Source: Eledone cirrhosa
Taxonomy: Eukaryota
Direction: 5' to 3'
Assembly (NCBI GenBank): GCA_964016885.1
Contig: OZ024740.1
Coordinates: forward strand, 110,608,001 to 110,672,000
Length of the DNA: 64,000 nt
Part shown: positions 57,059 to 64,000 of the stretch, one piece after another
Position numbering within the stretch: position 1 is the first letter of the stretch
Layout of the letters: each line of letters begins with the position of its first letter
Program-made: the position numbers and the translations under genes
The notes under the pieces: generated by a model
The model's input: only the letters and a program-made list of their open reading frames with translations
Told to the model about the DNA's origin: nothing
The model's database searches: none

Positions 57059-59245
57059 TTATTGTTCATTTAGCTTGGGTTTGAATTTATCAATAAAATT
57101 CTTTTCTTTGATTTTTCTCTTGATTTCACTTGGGCTGTGTAATTTGTAGAATGGGAATATTATAAATATTCCCTGACCACATGTTGCCAGGTGGCCGCTT
57201 AGGGGTATCTGACGGACATTTGGGTCTCTGATTTGTTGACGGTGTACCCGTGCACGTTCCGATAGTGCATTTCCAGTTTGACCGACATATAGTTCTTCAC
57301 AATTCGGGCATTTAATGCAGTAAATTAGATTTCTGCTTTTGCAGTTCATATTTGCATTTGTGAATATTTTTCCAGTTTTTGTTTTCATATATTGACCGGC
57401 GTGTATGGATTGACATGTGCCGCATCGATTATCATTGCATTTAGATACAGTGAATGATTGGTCTTTGTTGTTAAGGTCAAACTTTGCTTTTGTTAGCAAT
57501 TGCTTCAAATTTTTTGGCTGTCTTTTACTAAGAGTCAAAGATCGATCTGTGATTAAGCCTTTTAATTCATTACTTTGAGCAATGATCGGTAGGTTTGCTT
57601 TGGCAGTGTTGAAGATATTCTGGTGACATGGGTTGTGTGTCATTATAAATGGTATGACCAGTTCTTGGTTTCTTCTTCTTTGGGTTGTTCTAAGTTGTTG
57701 TATAGGTATTTTTATAGCCCGCTGTATGCCATTTTCTATAAGTAGAGATGGGTATTTTTGTTTGAGCAAAAATTCTCTTAGTTCTGTTAGGCGTTTGTAC
57801 CTGGTATTCGTATCTTCTACAATGGTACAAATTCTTCTGGCTAGGCAGTATGGGATGTTGCGTTTTGTATGAGGTGGATGGCACGACTTAAAATTCAGAT
57901 ATTGATGGGTGTCTGTGTGTTTATAATATATATCCGTGGTAATGGTGGTGTCGTTTTTGATTATCATTATATCTAGGAATGGTAATTTGGTCCTACTCAT
58001 CTCTTTTGTGAATTGGAGAGATGGGTGTAGGTTATTCAGGAGGATATTGAACTCATCCAGAGTATCTAGAGATTCTGTCCAGATGATGAAACAGTCGTCA
58101 AGGTATCTCTTCCAAGATTTTTCAATGTACTTTCTAAAGTCAGTACTATATTTTTCCTCTATTTCTTGGTAGAGTTGTTGTTCTAAGTATCCCATTACAG
58201 AGTTCGCGTAAACGGGAGCAAACTTCGTTCCCATCGCTGTGCCTCTAATTTGGATGTAATTCTTTCCATTGAAGAAGAAAGTGTTGTTTTCCAGAATAAG
58301 TTTAACTGCGTCTAATATAAATGGCGCTGTGAATCTAATGGGAATCACTTCTCTATGTTTTTCTACCCAGTATTTAACCGCCTTTATTCCTAAATCATGT
58401 GTAATGTTGGTGTAAAGGCTTACCACATCAAAACTGAGTAGAAGTGAATTCGTTTCCGTGGTTTTGGGAAGATGGGACAGGAAGTCGATATCATCCCGGA
58501 TGAAACTGGGTATGTGAATACATAGTGGTTTCAAAATAATGTCAACAAAATTGCTTAGACGGTGAGTGGGGCATGTTGGACCAGCTATAATAGGTCTAAG
58601 TTTTAAGTCTTTTGGGTGTAATAATTTAATGTACTCACTGTTTTGTTCTCTTACTGCCAGTTGTATTTCTTTTGACTTGTGAACTTTCGGTAGGCCATAC
58701 AGGTTGCTGGGTTTCGGCTCAAAATTGGTGATGTAGTCTCTTTCCTTATCAGTAAATGAGTTGTGGTATTTTGAAGCCAGGTTGTTGATCTTCTTCATGA
58801 TGTTGTGGTCTATATTTGACGGTATTTCATGATAGAATGTTGTGTCTTTCAGTTGTTCCTCAACCAAATCCTTGTAGTATTCAGTATCCATTATAACAAC
58901 TGCACCCCCTTTATCTGCTTGTTTAATTATTATTGTTTTATCATTTTGTATACGTTTAAGTGCAGACATTTCTGATTTGTTAATGTTTGGCCTAACATTA
59001 GTATTATGTCTAAGAGGAAATTTAGACAGGATGTCAATGTATTGGTCGAGATAGATATTTCTTCCTTTTGGCGGAGTGAAATTTGATTTATTCTTTACTA
59101 GTGATTCATCACTCTCATTATTTTTATCAGCGAAGAATTCTACAAGACGTAATTTTCGACAGAATTCTTGGGTATCCTCCTTCAGTTCTTGGTGGTTGAC
59201 TGTTGGAGTCGGTGTGAATTTCAGTCCTTTTGACAGAATTTGCAT
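57059..59245 (-). CDS. PLE reverse transcriptase + GIY-YIG endonuclease (frame open upstream to 59386)
   Basis: KGLKFTPTP, IKQADKG, LYGLPKVHK, RPII, SFDVVSLYTNI, GTAMG, RYLDD, LPFLDI, SCHPP, C-x4-C-x2-C linker, LIY..CPNC..YVGQT..R..H. Confidence 0.97.
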   Translation of the reverse strand: MQILSKGLKFTPTPTVNHQELKEDTQEFCRKLRLVEFFADKNNESDESLVKNKSNFTPPKGRNIYLDQYIDILSKFPLRHNTNVRPNINKSEMSALKRIQNDKTIIIKQADKGGAVVIMDTEYYKDLVEEQLKDTTFYHEIPSNIDHNIMKKINNLASKYHNSFTDKERDYITNFEPKPSNLYGLPKVHKSKEIQLAVREQNSEYIKLLHPKDLKLRPIIAGPTCPTHRLSNFVDIILKPLCIHIPSFIRDDIDFLSHLPKTTETNSLLLSFDVVSLYTNITHDLGIKAVKYWVEKHREVIPIRFTAPFILDAVKLILENNTFFFNGKNYIQIRGTAMGTKFAPVYANSVMGYLEQQLYQEIEEKYSTDFRKYIEKSWKRYLDDCFIIWTESLDTLDEFNILLNNLHPSLQFTKEMSRTKLPFLDIMIIKNDTTITTDIYYKHTDTHQYLNFKSCHPPHTKRNIPYCLARRICTIVEDTNTRYKRLTELREFLLKQKYPSLLIENGIQRAIKIPIQQLRTTQRRRNQELVIPFIMTHNPCHQNIFNTAKANLPIIAQSNELKGLITDRSLTLSKRQPKNLKQLLTKAKFDLNNKDQSFTVSKCNDNRCGTCQSIHAGQYMKTKTGKIFTNANMNCKSRNLIYCIKCPNCEELYVGQTGNALSERARVHRQQIRDPNVRQIPLSGHLATCGQGIFIIFPFYKLHSPSEIKRKIKEKNFIDKFKPKLNEQ

Positions 59246-59292
59246 TTCATCATTGTCAAGATCTCTTTTAGATAAATTAATTATTTTAGGAT

Positions 59293-60642
59293 CTACGTGT
59301 ACAGCTGTTTTGGGTATGTTTCCTCCTGGAGTTTTTCTTTTTCCGGTTTTTGTTGTCCTGACGTTAAAAAATGAATTTTTCTCTGTTCAGGATTTATATT
59401 CCTGTTGGTGTTCGCTTGATGAACTTTTGGTCGTGATATTATATTTGGTTTCGTTATGTATTTTGTCCTATTTTTGGTATTCTGTATATTATTTTTCTTC
59501 CTGTTAGCATTATTTTTAACAATCTGGGAAAATGACCTAGGTTTGCTTTCAGGTTTAGATCGTTTTTTCGTCCAGTTTCTTGTGGGCAATCTCTGTTGAG
59601 ATCTTGAGAGTGATCTGGTTATTCTACGTTTTGTTTCCACATTCCTTGTTGGTAGTCTCTGTTGAGATCTTGAGAATGATCTCCTGGTTTTACTACTTCT
59701 CATGGTCTGGTCAAAGGAATACCTATCGTGTTTGTGCTTTTTGTTCATGTTGTGTGCGATAGGGTGTTTTTGTAGAAAAAGCGAAGAGTTATTACCGTAG
59801 TTCTTCTTTGATTCAAGGTAAGGTGAGTGTTTGTGTTGGCACGTGTTCTGGCGTATGTTGTGTTGATGAGATTGTCCACTTTTAATGCTTTTTCTCAGGG
59901 TTCCAGAGTCTTTACCGTAATTTGCAGCATATTCATCGAGAAATAATTGTTTCTGCTGCCATACCTTTCTTGATTTGTTTTCTTCTTTTGAGATATCTCC
60001 GATCCATAGTTCTCGTAGTTTTTCAGCTATAATACCAGTCGTTAGCTTTGAAATTTCAACTTCAATTTGGTCATCAATAGCTTCATATTTGGCTTTGTAG
60101 CGGGATTGTTTACATTCAGAAATGGAGATGTCGGTCCTGAATTTTGTCAATGTAAGTTCCCATCGGAGTTTTGTTTCTTCTTCTGGTTCTCCTGCAATTT
60201 CTGTAATTAGGTATTTACGAGGGAGTATGGGTGCTGTTAGAGAGAGCCATTTCGAATGTGTTTCGACATATTTTTCGCATCTGTATGCTTTCCAGAAATT
60301 TTGTTTTCTTATGTTAAGGAATTTTTTCCATGTCTTCCACATTTCTTTTCTTATTCGATGTGTTTTGTTTTCCAAATTTCTTTCGTTTATTTCTGACATC
60401 CAAGGGGGTTGTGGTAGGCTTTCTCTTGTATCTTTGATAACTGTTGGTATAATTTCAGCTAAATTCTTAATTTCAGAGTTTATATGTTCAGTTATAAGTT
60501 TTCCGTCTGTAGATTGTTTTTCTATTTCCTTTAAAATAGAGGATTGTGTGTCCATCATCGTGATAAGTGTTGATAATTTCGATGATATCTCCTTTAGAAT
60601 TCTTTCTGATTCTGTTGGTTTCATTTGTTGCTTTCCAGACAT
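59293..60642 (-). CDS. PLE upstream ORF1, 449 aa; helical/coiled-coil-like N-terminal half, basic low-complexity C-terminal half
   Basis: Long intact ORF inside the pLTR-bounded monomer, ATG 22 nt after the pLTR, co-oriented with and overlapping the RT frame. Confidence 0.85.
   Translation of the reverse strand: MSGKQQMKPTESERILKEISSKLSTLITMMDTQSSILKEIEKQSTDGKLITEHINSEIKNLAEIIPTVIKDTRESLPQPPWMSEINERNLENKTHRIRKEMWKTWKKFLNIRKQNFWKAYRCEKYVETHSKWLSLTAPILPRKYLITEIAGEPEEETKLRWELTLTKFRTDISISECKQSRYKAKYEAIDDQIEVEISKLTTGIIAEKLRELWIGDISKEENKSRKVWQQKQLFLDEYAANYGKDSGTLRKSIKSGQSHQHNIRQNTCQHKHSPYLESKKNYGNNSSLFLQKHPIAHNMNKKHKHDRYSFDQTMRSSKTRRSFSRSQQRLPTRNVETKRRITRSLSRSQQRLPTRNWTKKRSKPESKPRSFSQIVKNNANRKKNNIQNTKNRTKYITKPNIISRPKVHQANTNRNINPEQRKIHFLTSGQQKPEKEKLQEETYPKQLYT
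59365..59371 (-). promoter_or_regulatory. Candidate -1 ribosomal frameshift heptamer U_UUU_UUA
   Basis: caT TTT TTA acg in ORF1 frame, inside the 94-nt ORF1/RT overlap. Confidence 0.6.
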
Positions 60643-60846
60643 GTTGGCATATACACAATAGGAATATATATATAGATATAGATAGGTAAATATACACGGG
60701 TGTGTATGATTGTGTATAGAAGATTATATTAATAAGAGGAATTCCAACTTTGTCTGATTTACTCGTTTTATTTACAATCCTTTAAAATATATATAATGGT
60801 ATTATAATGAAATAGTATGATAGAATATTAAATTCTAAGTGTTAAT

Positions 60847-60885
60847 TGAACAAGTACTTTCATGCTTTCGCAATCTTCAGGTTCA
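60847..60885 (-). ncRNA. Minimal type I hammerhead ribozyme in 5' pLTR
   Basis: Identical to 56645-56683. Confidence 0.85.
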
Positions 60886-60956
60886 TGATATGTGGTGACA
60901 GACACGTAGATCCTAAAATAATTAATTTATCTAAAAGAGATCTTGACAATGATGAA

Positions 60957-63143
60957 ATGCAAATTCTGTCAAAAGGACTGAAATTCACACCGACTCCAAC
61001 AGTCAACCACCAAGAACTGAAGGAGGATACCCAAGAATTCTGTCGAAAATTACGTCTTGTAGAATTCTTCGCTGATAAAAATAATGAGAGTGATGAATCA
61101 CTAGTAAAGAATAAATCAAATTTCACTCCGCCAAAAGGAAGAAATATCTATCTCGACCAATACATTGACATCCTGTCTAAATTTCCTCTTAGACATGATA
61201 CTAATGTTAGGCCAAACATTAACAAATCAGAAATGTCTGCACTTAAACGTATACAAAATGATAAAACAATAATAATTAAACAAGCAGATAAAGGGGGTGC
61301 AGTTGTTATAATGGATACTGAATACTACAAGGATTTGGTTGAGGAACAACTGAAAGACACAACATTCTATCATGAAATACCGTCAAATATAGACCACAAC
61401 ATCATGAAGAAGATCAACAACCTGGCTTCAAAATACCACAACTCATTTACTGATAAGGAAAGAGACTACATCACCAATTTTGAGCCGAAACCCAGCAACC
61501 TGTATGGCCTACCGAAAGTTCACAAGTCAAAAGAAATACAACTGGCAGTAAGAGAACAAAACAGTGAGTACATTAAATTATTACACCCAAAAGACTTAAA
61601 ACTTAGACCTATTATAGCTGGTCCAACATGCCCCACTCACCGTCTAAGCAATTTTGTTGACATTATTTTGAAACCACTATGTATTCACATACCCAGTTTC
61701 ATCCGGGATGATATCGACTTCCTGTCCCATCTTCCCAAAACCACGGAAACGAATTCACTTCTACTCAGTTTTGATGTGGTAAGCCTTTACACCAACATTA
61801 CACATGATTTAGGAATAAAGGCGGTTAAATACTGGGTAGAAAAACATAGAGAAGTGATTCCCATTAGATTCACAGCGCCATTTATATTAGACGCAGTTAA
61901 ACTTATTCTGGAAAACAACACTTTCTTCTTCAATGGAAAGAATTACATCCAAATTAGAGGCACAGCGATGGGAACGAAGTTTGCTCCCGTTTACGCGAAC
62001 TCTGTAATGGGATACTTAGAACAACAACTCTACCAAGAAATAGAGGAAAAATATAGTACTGACTTTAGAAAGTACATTGAAAAATCTTGGAAGAGATACC
62101 TTGACGACTGTTTCATCATCTGGACAGAATCTCTAGATACTCTGGATGAGTTCAATATCCTCCTGAATAACCTACACCCATCTCTCCAATTCACAAAAGA
62201 GATGAGTAGGACCAAATTACCATTCCTAGATATAATGATAATCAAAAACGACACCACCATTACCACGGATATATATTATAAACACACAGACACCCATCAA
62301 TATCTGAATTTTAAGTCGTGCCATCCACCTCATACAAAACGCAACATCCCATACTGCCTAGCCAGAAGAATTTGTACCATTGTAGAAGATACGAATACCA
62401 GGTACAAACGCCTAACAGAACTAAGAGAATTTTTGCTCAAACAAAAATACCCATCTCTACTTATAGAAAATGGCATACAGCGGGCTATAAAAATACCTAT
62501 ACAACAACTTAGAACAACCCAAAGAAGAAGAAACCAAGAACTGGTCATACCATTTATAATGACACACAACCCATGTCACCAGAATATCTTCAACACTGCC
62601 AAAGCAAACCTACCGATCATTGCTCAAAGTAATGAATTAAAAGGCTTAATCACAGATCGATCTTTGACTCTTAGTAAAAGACAGCCAAAAAATTTGAAGC
62701 AATTGCTAACAAAAGCAAAGTTTGACCTTAACAACAAAGACCAATCATTCACTGTATCTAAATGCAATGATAATCGATGCGGCACATGTCAATCCATACA
62801 CGCCGGTCAATATATGAAAACAAAAACTGGAAAAATATTCACAAATGCAAATATGAACTGCAAAAGCAGAAATCTAATTTACTGCATTAAATGCCCGAAT
62901 TGTGAAGAACTATATGTCGGTCAAACTGGAAATGCACTATCGGAACGTGCACGGGTACACCGTCAACAAATCAGAGACCCAAATGTCCGTCAGATACCCC
63001 TAAGCGGCCACCTGGCAACATGTGGTCAGGGAATATTTATAATATTCCCATTCTACAAATTACACAGCCCAAGTGAAATCAAGAGAAAAATCAAAGAAAA
63101 GAATTTTATTGATAAATTCAAACCCAAGCTAAATGAACAATAA
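60957..63143 (+). CDS. PLE RT + GIY-YIG (second copy, from first Met)
   Basis: Translation matches the minus copy except one N/D difference (RHNTN vs RHDTN). Confidence 0.9.
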   Translation: MQILSKGLKFTPTPTVNHQELKEDTQEFCRKLRLVEFFADKNNESDESLVKNKSNFTPPKGRNIYLDQYIDILSKFPLRHDTNVRPNINKSEMSALKRIQNDKTIIIKQADKGGAVVIMDTEYYKDLVEEQLKDTTFYHEIPSNIDHNIMKKINNLASKYHNSFTDKERDYITNFEPKPSNLYGLPKVHKSKEIQLAVREQNSEYIKLLHPKDLKLRPIIAGPTCPTHRLSNFVDIILKPLCIHIPSFIRDDIDFLSHLPKTTETNSLLLSFDVVSLYTNITHDLGIKAVKYWVEKHREVIPIRFTAPFILDAVKLILENNTFFFNGKNYIQIRGTAMGTKFAPVYANSVMGYLEQQLYQEIEEKYSTDFRKYIEKSWKRYLDDCFIIWTESLDTLDEFNILLNNLHPSLQFTKEMSRTKLPFLDIMIIKNDTTITTDIYYKHTDTHQYLNFKSCHPPHTKRNIPYCLARRICTIVEDTNTRYKRLTELREFLLKQKYPSLLIENGIQRAIKIPIQQLRTTQRRRNQELVIPFIMTHNPCHQNIFNTAKANLPIIAQSNELKGLITDRSLTLSKRQPKNLKQLLTKAKFDLNNKDQSFTVSKCNDNRCGTCQSIHAGQYMKTKTGKIFTNANMNCKSRNLIYCIKCPNCEELYVGQTGNALSERARVHRQQIRDPNVRQIPLSGHLATCGQGIFIIFPFYKLHSPSEIKRKIKEKNFIDKFKPKLNEQ

Positions 63144-63310
63144 TAACGCCTAGGGGTATTACTTCTACTACCACTATGACCACGACCACTAACAACAACA
63201 ACAACAACAATAATAATAATAATAAAAGTGATGTTGATGGTGATGATTAATAGAAAATGCTATTTTCATCATTTCAAAAAAGCAAAACAATTGATACGTT
63301 GGATATGACT

Positions 63311-63446
63311 ATTGGTCGTTAGCATGCTCAACCAGCCGTGACGCTTAAACCAATCAGCTGTAGTAATTCAGTGAAACTACACACTGATTGGTCGAAATAC
63401 AGTTTACAGGGCTTTGCATTCTGGAGCCACTTTTCTCTGTATAAAA
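63311..63446 (+). promoter_or_regulatory. Candidate Pol II promoter in PLE 3' UTR (three CCAAT/ATTGG boxes plus TATAAAA)
   Basis: attgg ~63311, ccaat ~63350, attgg ~63387, tataaaa 63440-63446, about 70 nt upstream of the HHR. Confidence 0.4.
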
Positions 63447-63518
63447 TGTATAAGAGGTAGGAAATTTACCCATCTCATTACAGTTGAAAATTGCAAACTC
63501 GACTGTCACCACATATCA

Positions 63519-63557
63519 TGAACCTGAAGATTGCGAAAGCATGAAAGTACTTGTTCA
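63519..63557 (+). ncRNA. Minimal type I hammerhead ribozyme
   Basis: tgaac-CTGAAGA-ttgcgaaagcat-GAAA-gtac-TT-gttca. Confidence 0.85.
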
Positions 63558-63671
63558 ATTAACACTTAGAATTTAATATTCTATCATACTATTTCATTAT
63601 AATACCATTATATATATTTTAAAGGATTGTAAATAAAACGAGTAAATCAGACAAAGTTGGAATTCCTCTTA

Positions 63672-63731
<60 letters not shown>

Positions 63732-63774
63732 CATACATAAATACATACATACATGCATATATACATATTTACGT

Positions 63775-64000
63775 TGTTGATGCTGTCTCAATTCCAATTG
63801 AATCTAGAAAACGATACTCTCGTGAAATATAGAGATCAACGGCTTGAAATACAACCTCTACAGTCAGGTGACAACTACAGATATCTTGGACAGGATGAGA
63901 ATGTCAGATATGATGGACCCATAAATAAGGAGAGAACCAGGACTGAATACCTCGGGAGAGTAAAGAAAATATGGTCATCAGAACTCTCAGCATAAAACAA
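63775..64000 (+). mobile_element. R4/Dong-like LINE RT fragment (runs off window)
   Basis: YRYLGQDENVRYDGPINKER...RVKKIWSSELSA parallels YSYLGRDGNISYNGICNKER...RLRKIWPSE at ~19700-19815. Confidence 0.75.

Larger units (their letters stand above)
60902..63679 (+). mobile_element. Inverted, 5'-truncated second copy of the same PLE
   Basis: Reverse complement of 56523-59300; ends in (TA)n. Confidence 0.95.

Noticed and set aside
57059-59389. Selenocysteine/UGA read-through as in Naiad PLEs
   Set aside because: No in-frame UGA within the RT-EN coding region; conserved Cys positions are ordinary Cys codons
60846-60956. 765-aa ORF with an extended N-terminus
   Set aside because: Starts at TTG, and its first ~19 codons are antisense pLTR fused at the inversion junction; not a native start

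Overview
Eukaryotic, AT-rich, repeat-saturated DNA. The tRNA-derived SINE families suggest an octopod cephalopod (inference). Most ORF-track entries are microsatellite artefacts. The window holds two SINE families, decayed LINEs (R4/Dong-like, Tx1/L1-like, RTE), mariner/hAT-type relics, several decayed Penelope-like element (PLE) fragments and possibly three exons of a minus-strand host gene. The main feature is a young, intact Neptune-like PLE (56463-63679) inserted in a (TA)n tract as two head-to-head copies. The left copy is a 4202-bp monomer plus a 237-bp terminal redundancy carrying a hammerhead ribozyme (HHR). It has a 449-aa upstream ORF that overlaps the RT/GIY-YIG frame by 94 nt in the -1 frame across a U_UUU_UUA heptamer. 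The same architecture recurs in miniature across the window: HHR-bearing non-coding units of about 440-630 bp (retrozyme-like) and many fold-back palindromes, with 3' ends fused to (TA)n. All motif and structure calls were made by eye; no database searches were run.
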